Positions 10,893-21,396 are shown, counted from the stretch's first letter. The stretch is DNA of 32,000 nt from Candidatus Kuenenia stuttgartensis (GCF_900232105.1 NZ_LT934425.1:1650001-1682000), one strand, 5' to 3'. A program made the numbers and translations. The notes: a model not told the origin generated them from the sequence alone.

Positions 10893-11681
10893 ATGTTTAC
10901 AAAATTTCAGAAAAGTTTTCAAACTGGTATAGCAACCTCGGGATATCCATGGAAAAAAGAACCTGCTCCTTTGCATTTCCGGGGCAGGATTGAGATAGAT
11001 AGCGAAAAATGTAAGGCATGTAACGTCTGCGTGGAGACATGTCCAACAAATGCTTATACATGGATAGAAGAACAGGGAAAACGATATCTGCAACTCTCTC
11101 ACGCAAAATGCGTATTTTGCGGCATGTGCGAGGAAGTATGCCCTTACAAAGCTATCAGGATTACGAATGATTTTGAGCTTGCGGCAACAAATAAGGAAGA
11201 CCTTTTAGTTAAGGCAGGGTTTAATACTGAAGAATCCGTTGAAACATTAGGTAATAAACTCAAAAAAAACATATTTAAAATGTTCAGACGCTCATTGCAT
11301 GTACGGGAGATTGATGCCGGTTCTTGCAACGGATGCGAATGGGAGGTCGTTGCTTTATTAAATCCTGTGCATGACCTCCAAAGGTTCGGAATTGACATTG
11401 TTGCCTCTCCGCGCCACGCAGACTGCCTGCTTGTGACGGGACCTCCGACAAGGAATCTGGAAACCGCCCTCATCAAGGGGTATCATGCCACCCCGGAACC
11501 AAAGATGGTCATAGCCTTGGGTACGTGTGCGTGTAGCGGCGGTATTTTCAGTAATTCCTACGCCACTAAAAACGGGATCGACAAAGTCGTTCCCGTAGAT
11601 GTTTATATTCCTGGCTGTCCTCCAAGACCACAGGCTATTATATACGGATTTCTGTTGGCGTTAGAGAGGGTACAAAAGTGA
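10893..11681 (+). CDS. fused 2x[4Fe-4S] ferredoxin (HycF/HyfH-like) plus hydrogenase small subunit (HycG/HyfI, NuoB-like)
   Basis: I moved the start to ATG 10893 because MFTKFQKSFQTGIATSGYPW aligns with the HycF N-terminus (MFTFIKKVIKTGTATSSYP, from memory). The ferredoxin motifs are CKACNVCVETCP and CVFCGMCEEVCP. These continue without a stop into RSLHVREIDAGSCNGCEWE...GTCACSGG...PGCPPRP, which holds the four NuoB/HycG cluster cysteines. Confidence 0.85.
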   Translation: MFTKFQKSFQTGIATSGYPWKKEPAPLHFRGRIEIDSEKCKACNVCVETCPTNAYTWIEEQGKRYLQLSHAKCVFCGMCEEVCPYKAIRITNDFELAATNKEDLLVKAGFNTEESVETLGNKLKKNIFKMFRRSLHVREIDAGSCNGCEWEVVALLNPVHDLQRFGIDIVASPRHADCLLVTGPPTRNLETALIKGYHATPEPKMVIALGTCACSGGIFSNSYATKNGIDKVVPVDVYIPGCPPRPQAIIYGFLLALERVQK

Positions 11682-11945
11682 GTATCTCAGGCTAACGGCT
11701 TTTTTTGTCAATCATGGGACTACGTCAAAGATATAGCCAAACAAATTACTGATAAGGTGCTAAATCTTGCAATGCAACGCAAAAGCCTATGAACAAACGG
11801 CCAGACAGACAGATTTGCTCCGATAAATATGGACAAGGCCAGGCATTATTTCCCCGCTCCCTTAATGATACTGTGTACCCGTTTTCTTCCGGGTTCGATG
11901 GCACTTTTTAAATAACAACAAAAGATACAGGAAATATTAAACACT

Positions 11946-12812
11946 ATGAATTTTTCTCTTCCCTACAAAAAAATTTCTTCTCTACTGGAGTTAATTAAAT
12001 TTTCACACACTATTTTTTCCTTCCCTTTTGCCATAATGAGTGCATTTATTGCTGCCGGCGGGATGCCTACTTTGAGGCAATTACTTCTGATTGCCGGGGC
12101 GTTGGCGATGGCGCGCAGCGCCGCAATGTCTTTTAACCGCATTGTTGATGTTGATTACGATATCAAAAATCCCCGAACGGCATATCGTGTTGAATTGCAG
12201 AAGAAAATTGGCAAAAAAAACGTATGGATATTTACGCTGGTATGTACGGGCCTTTTTATTCTATTTGCGGGGCTGCTTAGTCGTCTTGCCCTTTACATGT
12301 CTCCACTGGCAATACTTATTATTTTTGGTTATTCTTTTACCAAACGGTTTACCAATCTATCGCATTTTGTGCTTGGTCTGGCATTAGCTCTTTCCCCTGT
12401 AGGGGCATGGATAGGAATTCAGGGGAGATTCGGCATTACACCTTTCCTGCTGGCATTTGCCGTGGTTTTATGGACGGCAGGTTTCGACATTATTTACGCG
12501 TGCCAGGATATTGAGCATGATAAAAAATTGGACTTGTATTCACTGCCAAAAAAAATCGGGCTTCGATGGGCACTGGTACTCTCCGGTATTTTACATTTTT
12601 TTATGGTCTTACTGTTGTTTATCGTTCCCAGATACTCAGACCTGGGGATTATTTATTTGATAGGCGTATGCCTCGCCGCTGTTTTGCTTTTTTATGAACA
12701 TTTACTGGTAAAACCAAAAGACCTTTCAAAAATCAACACGGCCTTTTTTACCGTAAATGGCATTATAAGCCTGGGGCTTATGGGGGTAACGCTCATTGAT
12801 ATTTTTGCTTAA
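11946..12812 (+). CDS. UbiA-superfamily aromatic prenyltransferase (4-hydroxybenzoate polyprenyltransferase-like; possibly a menaquinone MqnP-type enzyme)
   Basis: The 288-aa polytopic product has the Asp-rich motifs NRIVDVDYDIKNPRT and YACQDIEHDKKLDLYSLP. The exact substrate cannot be called from sequence by eye. Confidence 0.8.
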   Translation: MNFSLPYKKISSLLELIKFSHTIFSFPFAIMSAFIAAGGMPTLRQLLLIAGALAMARSAAMSFNRIVDVDYDIKNPRTAYRVELQKKIGKKNVWIFTLVCTGLFILFAGLLSRLALYMSPLAILIIFGYSFTKRFTNLSHFVLGLALALSPVGAWIGIQGRFGITPFLLAFAVVLWTAGFDIIYACQDIEHDKKLDLYSLPKKIGLRWALVLSGILHFFMVLLLFIVPRYSDLGIIYLIGVCLAAVLLFYEHLLVKPKDLSKINTAFFTVNGIISLGLMGVTLIDIFA

Positions 12813-13105
12813 GAGGGTTTCGGGGTATCGCGGGCAAAAAATAATGTTTGTCCATGCTTAATGAGATATCCGGCACGCTTGCAACTTCAGGCTTTCAATT
12901 TTAAGCCCATAATTAATATCGTGACCACGATAGGAAACGGCTAATTTTTTATATTCCGTTGCTGCAGGAGTTTTCCCCTGCCGCCCCATTGGTACCAAGT
13001 GGATTATTGAGCAAAGCGCACAACAAAACAATGGCAAAATAGTTTTTGCCTATGCAAAAATCGGGAATAAATCCGATATAGGTCGTTAAGCGACAAGGAG
13101 TGGTT

Positions 13106-13480
13106 ATGTCTGAACTCAAAGATCCACGGGTTTTTTTTGCGGCAGAAAGGACATTGTTAGCATGGAGTAGAACCAGTATTGTCATGATCGCATCTGGTTT
13201 TGGGATAGAGCGAGCCAGTGTCCTTATACAGGCGGTTACCCATGGAAGAACGACTGCCGATAAAACCGGGGTGGTATTCTGGGTGGGGCTTGCCTTTATT
13301 GCATTGGGTACGTTTGCCGCTTTTTGCTCTTCCCGTCAGTACATCGTTGTTCTTAAAACGCTCACACCCGAAGAGTACCCAATGGGCTATGGGACAAAAT
13401 GCGGGCTTGCGATAAACACTATCGTAGCAGTTCTGGGTATATGTCTGGGCATCGCCGTTTATGTGGGACATGTTTCGTAA
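13106..13480 (+). CDS. DUF202 (YidH-like) small membrane protein
   Basis: The product has the FAAERTLLAWSRTS signature of DUF202 and 3 predicted TM segments. I chose ATG 13106 because it has an AAGGAG 5 nt upstream. The track ORF starts at GTG 13100. Confidence 0.7.
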   Translation: MSELKDPRVFFAAERTLLAWSRTSIVMIASGFGIERASVLIQAVTHGRTTADKTGVVFWVGLAFIALGTFAAFCSSRQYIVVLKTLTPEEYPMGYGTKCGLAINTIVAVLGICLGIAVYVGHVS

Positions 13481-13538
13481 AATTCCTGAACGCCAAATAA
13501 TTCTTTCAAGTTAAATCTTTCAGTTTGTGGAATTTAAA

Positions 13539-15332
13539 ATGCTTGGTGTAAATACAAAACTGTTGATTTTATTTATTGTTCTTGTGGCAATGCTGGTTTT
13601 GTTCGTATGGAACCGATGGCGCTATGATATAGTTGCGCTGGTTGCCCTGCTGGTTGTTGCGGTTGCAGGACTCGTACCGCCTAGCCAGGTGTTTGCTGGT
13701 TTTGGGCACCCTGCAGTCATTACTGTGGCAGCAGTCCTGGTGCTCAGTCGCGGCTTGCTCAATGCCGGCGTGGTGGATTCACTTGCACGCCAATTGACGC
13801 GTGTGGGTAACCAGCCCATGATCCAGGTGGCAACCCTTACAGGGATTGTAGCCCTGAGTTCCGGATTTATGAACAACGTAGGTGCTTTGGCGCTACTCAT
13901 GCCGGTTGCCATATGGATGTCGCGCCGGGGCGGTCGTTCACCTTCATTCCTGCTTATGCCACTTGCCTTCGGGTCATTGTTTGGAGGTACGCTCACATTG
14001 ATCGGTACTCCTCCAAATATTATCATTGCCGCGTATCGCGAACAATCTGGCGCATTACCATTCTGCATGTTTGACTTTATTCCGGTAGGTGCAGCCATAA
14101 CGATGTGCGGTATCATCTTTATTTCAATCATCGGCTGGCGACTGACGCCGCAGCGCAAGGAACAGGATTCTGCCGAGGATCTGTTCGAGATCAGCAGTTA
14201 CCTGACCGAGCTTCTTGTTCCGGAAGGCTGCAAATTTGCAGGCCGGACGCTATACGATCTGATTGCGGCTGTCAGGAATGACGCCGATGTTGTGGTAATA
14301 GGCCTGGTTCGCACAGGACGAAGACAGCAGATGCCATCAACGTATGAAGTCATAAAGGAAAATGACATACTGCTGGTCGAAGCCGATTCAGACAGCCTCA
14401 AGACGTTGATTGATGTTACCGGACTTAAGCTCGCTGAAGCCAGCGGTAATGAGGATAAAGAAAAGGCCCGCGAGGGTGGGCCTAATCTGGTTGAGGCTAC
14501 GGTTGCCCCCGGATCAATGCTCGCCGGAAAAACGGCGAGGAGTCTCGATTTGCGAGAGCGTTATGGCATCAATGTACTTGCAGTTGCACGTCAGGGGCGC
14601 CGCCTGAGGGAGCGGCTAGGCAAGATTCGTTTTGTCACCGGAGATATCCTGTTGATACAGGGACGCGAAGAATCTCTTCCGTCCACGCTGAACGACCTGG
14701 GATGCCTGCCACTTGCATCGCGTGGATTGCGTATCGGCAAACCGCGTAACGTTCTCCTGGCAATCTGCATCTTTGCCGTCTCGCTGGCATTGATCGCCTG
14801 TAAACTCCTTCCTGCGGCTACCGCACTGGCTGGAGGCGCAGCCGCCATGGTGCTTGCCGGACTCATTTCTCCTGGAGAAATCTACAAAAGCATTGATATG
14901 TCAATCATCCTGTTGCTGGCGGCAATGCTGCCCATAGGCCATGCATTGGAAAGTACAGGCGGTTCCCAGTTAATTGCTTACAAATTACTGGCAGTAGGCC
15001 GTTCCGCATCGCCGGCAATGACGCTCGTTATCCTGATGACGGCTACGATGCTTCTGTCTAATTTGGTCAACAATGCTGCTGCCGCAATTCTGGCAGCACC
15101 GATAGCGATTAATCTTGCGAAGGGTATGGAGTTATCTGTCGACCCTTTCCTGATGGCAGTAGCCATAGGGTCTTCCTGTGCATTTCTTACCCCGATTGGA
15201 CACCAATCTAACACTCTTGTGATGGCGCCTGGAGGATACAAGTTTGGCGACTACTGGCGGATGGGGCTGCCCCTGTCTGTACTGGTCGTGGCAACCGCTG
15301 TCCCTGTGATCCTTTGGATATGGCCACTGTAG
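13539..15332 (+). CDS. SLC13/DASS-type (CitMHS/ArsB superfamily) permease with two central TrkA-C (RCK_C) domains
   Basis: Polytopic N- and C-terminal halves flank two soluble repeats (…LVPEGCKFAGRTLYDL…ENDILLVEAD… and …VAPGSMLAGKTARSLDLRERYGINVLAV…GDILLIQG…). The start is uncertain: ATG 13539 or GTG 13527. Confidence 0.85.
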   Translation: MLGVNTKLLILFIVLVAMLVLFVWNRWRYDIVALVALLVVAVAGLVPPSQVFAGFGHPAVITVAAVLVLSRGLLNAGVVDSLARQLTRVGNQPMIQVATLTGIVALSSGFMNNVGALALLMPVAIWMSRRGGRSPSFLLMPLAFGSLFGGTLTLIGTPPNIIIAAYREQSGALPFCMFDFIPVGAAITMCGIIFISIIGWRLTPQRKEQDSAEDLFEISSYLTELLVPEGCKFAGRTLYDLIAAVRNDADVVVIGLVRTGRRQQMPSTYEVIKENDILLVEADSDSLKTLIDVTGLKLAEASGNEDKEKAREGGPNLVEATVAPGSMLAGKTARSLDLRERYGINVLAVARQGRRLRERLGKIRFVTGDILLIQGREESLPSTLNDLGCLPLASRGLRIGKPRNVLLAICIFAVSLALIACKLLPAATALAGGAAAMVLAGLISPGEIYKSIDMSIILLLAAMLPIGHALESTGGSQLIAYKLLAVGRSASPAMTLVILMTATMLLSNLVNNAAAAILAAPIAINLAKGMELSVDPFLMAVAIGSSCAFLTPIGHQSNTLVMAPGGYKFGDYWRMGLPLSVLVVATAVPVILWIWPL

Positions 15333-15362
15333 TTGTCATTTGTCCGAGAAATCGCCAGCTTG

Positions 15363-15409
15363 GGTATGAATACATTTATAACAATTTATGGCAAATGCTT
15401 CGCCCCGAC
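15363..15409. repeat. half copy of the GCAAATGCTTCGCCCC hairpin repeat
   Basis: GGTATGAATACATTTATAACAATTTATGGCAAATGCTTCGCCCCGAC matches the loop and right arm of the full element at 23829-23901. I could not find a convincing left arm. Confidence 0.5.
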
Positions 15410-15459
15410 ATCAACCTTACCCTCAGATGAATCACCCGAAGGGTTTTCATGATTTCAAT

Positions 15460-16452
15460 TCAACATGCAATGGGGATTCGATAAAGATATTTATGAATCT
15501 GTTCCGGGTAAAAAACCTTATGGTCTGGACGGTCATAATGCCAGTCATGTTTGTCCGGAACATGATTTTCATGATATGGCCATTTGCGAAAGGGATCAAA
15601 GCCTAACGCAGCAAGAAGTTTTTTATTACTCATGGCGACATTCCCTGCCCGGGGAGGCATAGGTCCCGCTTCTATGCGCATACACCCTTTCAGCAAGCGG
15701 GGAGAATAGCCTCCCACCTTATTGACTATCTGTCCAATTTGATAGAGGCTGAGGTAACGATGAGAGCCAAGGTGGTATATTCCGCATATTTTGTTCTCTA
15801 AAGCAATTTCTGCAATGCTATTAAAATCTTCGCAATAAAAAGGAGACCGGATTTCATCGTAATATAACGTTGCCGGATTATTTTTTTTAAAACGTGACAA
15901 TATCCAGTCTATTGCTCCAGCATGCCCATTAACACTAATTCCCATGGGGAGCGATATCCTGAAAATCACCGCAGAAGGGTATTCGTGCGCTATAATTTCT
16001 TCTGCCATAACCATGGTTTTCCCATATACCGTGACAGGAGAAACGGCGTCACTTTCCGTGTAACAGCCCGATGATTTCCCAGGAAATACTAAATCGGTGG
16101 AAAGAAATAGAAGACGAATGGTACGGTCTCCGATTATCTTTAGTATGTTCTTCGCCGATTGAACATTCACCCGGTACGCCATTTCAGGATTCAACTCGCA
16201 GGATTTCAATGCACATGACCCAGCCGCATGCAGTATAGAATTAAACTTCCACGTCTTCATTAAGGCAGCAAGTCCTTGTACATCTTCTATGTCAAGCGGA
16301 ATTATTCCCTCCCCGCGCAATGGCCAATATCGGGTGGGACGAATTGCAACTACATGCTCAGGATATTGAGAATGAAAATGCCGAAATGCATTGTAACCTG
16401 GAACGCCATTTACCCCGGTAATTAAAATAGGAAGATACGCTGGTAATGTCAT
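15460..16452 (-). CDS. NAD(P)-dependent SDR, RmlD (dTDP-4-dehydrorhamnose reductase)-like sugar-nucleotide reductase/epimerase family
   Basis: The 330-aa product has an N-terminal ILITGVNGVPG Rossmann motif and an RmlD-like STDLVFPG...YTESD...P..VYGKT block. The specific activity cannot be called. Confidence 0.65.
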   Translation of the reverse strand: MTLPAYLPILITGVNGVPGYNAFRHFHSQYPEHVVAIRPTRYWPLRGEGIIPLDIEDVQGLAALMKTWKFNSILHAAGSCALKSCELNPEMAYRVNVQSAKNILKIIGDRTIRLLFLSTDLVFPGKSSGCYTESDAVSPVTVYGKTMVMAEEIIAHEYPSAVIFRISLPMGISVNGHAGAIDWILSRFKKNNPATLYYDEIRSPFYCEDFNSIAEIALENKICGIYHLGSHRYLSLYQIGQIVNKVGGYSPRLLKGCMRIEAGPMPPRAGNVAMSNKKLLAALGFDPFRKWPYHENHVPDKHDWHYDRPDHKVFYPEQIHKYLYRIPIAC

Positions 16453-16500
16453 AACCTGAATTATCTTTAAGAAAGAGTGTTGTTTTTTCAGTAAGTCTAA

Positions 16501-16541
16501 ATAAAAAAGGGAAACAGATAATCAATTATCCATTTCCCTTT
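16501..16541 (-). terminator. rho-independent terminator after the coiled-coil gene
   Basis: AAGGGAAA...TTTCCCTT, with an inner GATAA/TTATC stem, lies at 16507-16540. On the minus strand it is followed by TTTTTTAT. It sits 42 nt after the stop at 16583. Confidence 0.5.
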
Positions 16542-16582
16542 TAATGTAGATCATATTTTGTCTCTAAACACACATTAAAGCG

Positions 16583-17392
16583 TTACTTCAGCCTTTTTAA
16601 GGTGTGTTCCGCTCTGGAAATCAATGTGCTGACTTCGGAGAGCGACATGGTCGGAGAAGATATCCTTTCGCGGAGTAATGTAAACGTCTTGTCAAGTTCT
16701 CCCGTTAGATTCAGATCCCACTGTGTTTGGCTTGCCGTGCGTGTTTCTACCGGCGCTGAAGATGTTTCTTCACCGCTTTTCAACCTTGCCAACTCCGCTT
16801 CCAACTCCTGAATAATTTTCTTCTTTTCCTCAACTTCTATATCAGAAATCTTCTTTGCTTCAGTATAGTAAATAAGCTGGTTTTTTACCTCTTCCTGTCC
16901 GCGCTTTATATCGTCTATCTGCAACTTAAATTTCTCTTCGGTGGCACTGTGCATTTCCTGAAGGGCGGCAATCTGTCCCGCAAGATCCTCGCTGTTCTTT
17001 TCCGCCTCAGATACCTTTTGTTGCTGCTCCTTTATTACGGTTTCTAGTCCTGCAATCTGAATTCCAACCGCGGCCTTCACTGCACCAAAAGACCCCACCT
17101 CAACCTCTAGTTCGCTAAGCTTTTCGGACAACTCTTCTTTTTCTTCTGAACATTCCGCAAAAGTACCCTCTATTTCCTTCTTAGATGCCTCAACCTTATC
17201 TAATTTTTGCATCAAATCGGGAACTTTTAATACCTCCGTACGCCCTGCCCGAAGCTGTCTCTCAAGACCGTGTACTCTTTCCTTCTGCAGCCGGTACTTT
17301 TCAGTGACAGAAACCGCAAAGCCAACGCACAATAAACCGAAAAGCCCTACAAGCACAACCATTATCGCCTTAGATTTACTACAACTAGCCAT
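16583..17392 (-). CDS. hypothetical membrane-anchored coiled-coil protein
   Basis: The 269-aa product has one N-terminal TM helix (AIMVVLVGLFGLLCVGFAVSV). About 200 aa of E/K/L/Q-rich heptad-like sequence follows. I recognise no family. Confidence 0.6.
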   Translation of the reverse strand: MASCSKSKAIMVVLVGLFGLLCVGFAVSVTEKYRLQKERVHGLERQLRAGRTEVLKVPDLMQKLDKVEASKKEIEGTFAECSEEKEELSEKLSELEVEVGSFGAVKAAVGIQIAGLETVIKEQQQKVSEAEKNSEDLAGQIAALQEMHSATEEKFKLQIDDIKRGQEEVKNQLIYYTEAKKISDIEVEEKKKIIQELEAELARLKSGEETSSAPVETRTASQTQWDLNLTGELDKTFTLLRERISSPTMSLSEVSTLISRAEHTLKRLK

Positions 17393-17775
17393 AGAAAACC
17401 CCCTTATTCTGCATTTATTCTAAAACCCATTTGATGTTATATAAATATAAAATGATACATCTACCAGAGAAATATAGAGAAATATTAATGAATATCGCCC
17501 AATTACCCTTCTCCACGAAACGAAAAATGCGGCGAGGGTTATGCTAGCAAAATATAAAACAAGTTTCAAGTAAATTTGTCATTAAAATTTGGATGTCTGT
17601 TTTCATAATGATGTTGCTAACTAATCGAATTTCATATTGACTTTTCAGTTGTATGGCTATAAATTGAATTCTTATATCGGTTAGGGTACAACATCTTGCG
17701 TTTACAATGAAATATTCATGCTCGAATTATAAGGCTTTTCCAACGTTCCACATCAAATTCAATCGGGTGTAATTT

Positions 17776-20700
17776 ATGGACACAAACAACTTCGTTCATC
17801 TCCATGTCCACAGTGAATACAGCCTTCTTGATGGCGCCTGCAAAATAAAAGACCTCGTTAGCAAGGCATTGCATTTTAAAATGCCTGCCCTTGCTCTTAC
17901 AGACCATGGTAATATGTACGGCGCAATCGAATTTTACGAAGCCGCGCAATCCGCTGGAATAAAACCTATTATAGGTTACGAAGCATACGTTGCGCAAGGC
18001 GGTCGCCTTGACAAGGAATCAAAAAACGGGAAGGAAACACTTAGCCATATAACACTCCTGGCGGAAAACTATGAAGGATACCGAAATTTACTAAAACTTT
18101 CCACCTCTGCATATCTGGAAGGCTTTTACTACAAACCGAGAATCGATAAAGAACTATTGAAATCCCATTCAGCCGGGATTATCTGCCTTAGCGGATGCAT
18201 GGCTTCTGAAATCAATCGCCACTTGTCCTTTGACCGCCATGACGATGCCATGAATCTTGCCATAGAATACCTAGAACTCTTTGGCGAAAACCATTTTTAC
18301 CTTGAAATACAAAACAACAAAATCCCACTACAGGAAAAATTGGTGTCCGCGGCGTTCAAAATAGGGAAAACACTAAACATTCCCCTCGTCGCAACCAACG
18401 ACGTGCATTATATGAATATCGACGACGCAGTTGCCCATGACGCATTGTTATGCATAAATACCGGCAAGCGCGTATCTGACAGACAAAGGCTTCGTTTCGA
18501 TACGAACGAATTCTACTTTAAAAATTACCAGGAAATGCACGCCTTGTTTAAGGAAATACCTCACGCTCTTGAAAACACCTTGCACATTGCAGAACGCTGC
18601 GATGTAAAAATGGATTTCGGGAAGCTGCATCTCCCAAAATTTACGCCTCCCGAAGGAATAAGCAACAAGGCATATCTGAGAAAACTCTGCGAAGAAGGGG
18701 TGATAAGAAAATACGGCGCCATACTCCCCCATATCAGCGAACGACTGGACCATGAACTTAAAGTTATAGAAAAAACGGGTTTTGTCGAATATTTTTTAAT
18801 TGTATGGGATTTTATTCATTATGCAAATACCCTCAACATCCCCGCAACGGGAAGAGGATCAGGGGCGGGCAGTATTGTCGCCTATGTATTGAACATCACC
18901 AACATAGACCCTATAGAAAACGATTTATTGTTTGAACGATTTTTGAATGCTGAAAGAATATCAATGCCTGATCTGGATATTGACTTCTGCGCAGAAGGCC
19001 GTGAAGAAATTATCCGGTACGTAAGGGAAAAATATGGCGGCGATAGCAACGTTGCACAGATCATTACATTCGGTACGATGAAAGCAAAGGCTGTCATCCG
19101 GGATGTTGGGCGGGTGCTTGACATTCCTCTTTCTGAAGTCGACAAGATAGCAAAACTGATTCCCAATACCCTCAATATCACCTTAGAAGAAGCCCTGGAA
19201 CAGGAACCGGCTTTAAAAGCGATCTGTCAGGCCGAAAAACAGTTTAAGGAATTATTCGACATTTCAAAGAAACTGGAAGGATTATGCCGTCATGCCTCAG
19301 TACATGCGGCAGGCATCGTTATTTCCGATGAACCATTAACAGAATATGTTCCACTTGCTAAAAAAGGGGATGCCGTCACCACTCAATATTACGATGAAAT
19401 ACTGGTAGATAAAATAGGGTTGCTAAAGGCCGACTTCCTGGGTGTCCGGAAATTAACGGTAATAAAAAGGCTCTTCAATTGATTCACGAAACAACAAGAG
19501 AGATTATTGATCTCGCAAAAATACCCGTAGACGACAAAGCAACCTATCAGATGCTTTCCAGCGGCAACGTAAAAGGGGTCTTTCAGGTAGAAACCAGCAA
19601 AGGGTTTAAGGAGTTACTTAAAAAACTGAAACCGGACACATTCGCTGACATCCTGCCTTTAGTGGCACTCTACCGCCCCGGACCATTACAAAGCGGCATG
19701 GTTGATTCATTCATCAACAGAAAACACGGGAAAGAGGCTGTTGAATATATCCACCCAACCCTCGAATTGATACTGAAAGAAACATACGGCGTCATTTTAA
19801 CCAGGAACAGTAATGAGGATCGCCAATCGCCTGGCAGGATTCACACTGAACGAAGCCGATAATTTGCGCAAGCGTGGGGAAAAAAAAGCTGAAATTATGG
19901 CAAAATTCAAGGACAGTTTGTAAACGGAGCAATTTCAAACGACATCCCGAAAAAAACAGCGATAAAAATATTTGAACTCATGGAATTTTTCGCCGGATAT
20001 GGCTTCAACAAATCCCATTCAGCGGCATATGCCGTAATTACTTACCAAACCGCTTATTTAAAAACCAATTATCCCCTACAGTATATGACTGCCCAATTGA
20101 GCTGTGAAAAACAAAATACAGAAAAAATCATTGATTATATTGAAGACTGCCGCCGATGAATATCGAAATACTCAAACCGGATGTCAATGAGAGCCTCAGC
20201 GATTTCATCATCTCTGAAGGAAATAAAATACGTTTCGGTCTTGGCTCTGTCAAGAATGCCGCGATAAGGCAATTGAATCTATTGTTTCTGCAAGGGAAAA
20301 AGGCGGTAAATTTTCTTCAATACTGGATTTCTGCAAGAGAGTTGACCTGCGCACCGTAAACAAACAAGTCATCGAGAGCCTTGTTAAATCAGGAAGCTTC
20401 GACTCTCTGTCTGACGACAGGGCAAGACGCCGCCTCTCTTGACTCGGCAATGGAACTGGGAAGCGCAGTAAACAAGGGGAAGCGTAAGGGACAAAGCATT
20501 ATTCGATATCGGAAGCGCTATGGATGTTATTTGAAACAGGAAACACCGCAATAAGCAACACTACGCCTGGAACGAAAATGAAATTCGCCAGGCGGAAAAG
20601 GAAAGCCTCGGATTTTTACTTCAGCTCAAGCCCGCTGAGCGAGTATGAAGAAAAAATCAAGCTATTGGCCACCAATTCTTCCTCGGAAATATCTGAACTG

Positions 20701-21200
20701 CCGGAGGGGACTGATGTGATTATTGGCGGTATTATCACCGATATCAAAAAAAGCACCACCAAAAAAGGTGACCCGATGATGTACATTACACTTGATGATA
20801 TGGAAGGCGCGATCAAATGTATCGCCTTTAGCAAAGAACTGAAGGAATATGAGCATTGGCAAAAATAGACGCCGTCGTTTTTATCTGCGGTAATGTGGGG
20901 TATAAAGGCTCAACGCCGAGTGTAAAAATAAATGAACTAATCGCGGGGAAAAACGCTTTCCAGCGCCTGGTAAATCTTTTGGATTGCGCCTTGAAGCTGC
21001 TCATTTTGACGAAACCAAACTGATACAGTTAAAAGACCTTATTAAAAAACACAGGGGCGCTGTCCGTTTTTCATTGAAATTGCCACTCCAAACAACGGAA
21101 GCGTCCAAATCAAAACCTCCAGCCAATATTCTGCAGCAATCACAGATGATTTCCTTTCCCGCACCAGGGAGCTTTTCGATTCACAAAATCTGTTGATTAA
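17776..21200 (+). pseudogene. dnaE: DNA polymerase III alpha subunit, intact for 568 codons then broken by multiple frameshifts (as sequenced)
   Basis: The PHP-domain start is FVHLHVHSEYSLLDGA. Collinear DnaE fragments occur in different frames at 17776-19482, 19479-19862, 20156-20359, 20524-20868 and 20984-21196, plus untracked pieces such as ...AGFTLNEADNLRK... The 3' end is approximate. Confidence 0.9.
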
Positions 21201-21396
21201 CCAAACGACAAGGCAGTACTCAATTGAATACCTAAAAGGGGCCATGCCGATTTTTTGTAACGTGTCATTTTTGAGCAGGATGACCGAAACGTTAGCGCAC
21301 CCATCAGAAAAATATATGAATGGTCGCACTTCGCTTGACCCATCCTACAAATTAATACGCTTTATTACAAAAAATCGGGGAATGCTCACATGGTAT

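Noticed and set aside
11880-11910. GGGTTCGATGG resembling a tRNA T-arm
   Set aside because: No acceptor-stem complement, anticodon arm or D-arm could be folded from the preceding 70 nt.
12871-12885. Sigma-54-like CGGCACGCTTGCA upstream of the DUF202 gene (and TGGCAGTGGTATTTTCC at about 3345)
   Set aside because: The GG-to-GC spacing does not match the -24/-12 consensus TGGCACG-N4-TTGC. The first candidate is 3 nt too short and the second has no GC.
13622-14158. 178-aa minus-strand ORF (and others at 13157-13471, 14591-14866 and 14978-15241)
   Set aside because: These are antisense to the well-supported transporter and DUF202 genes. Long shadow ORFs are expected in GC-rich coding DNA, and the products are Ala/Pro/Arg/Thr-rich and low in complexity.
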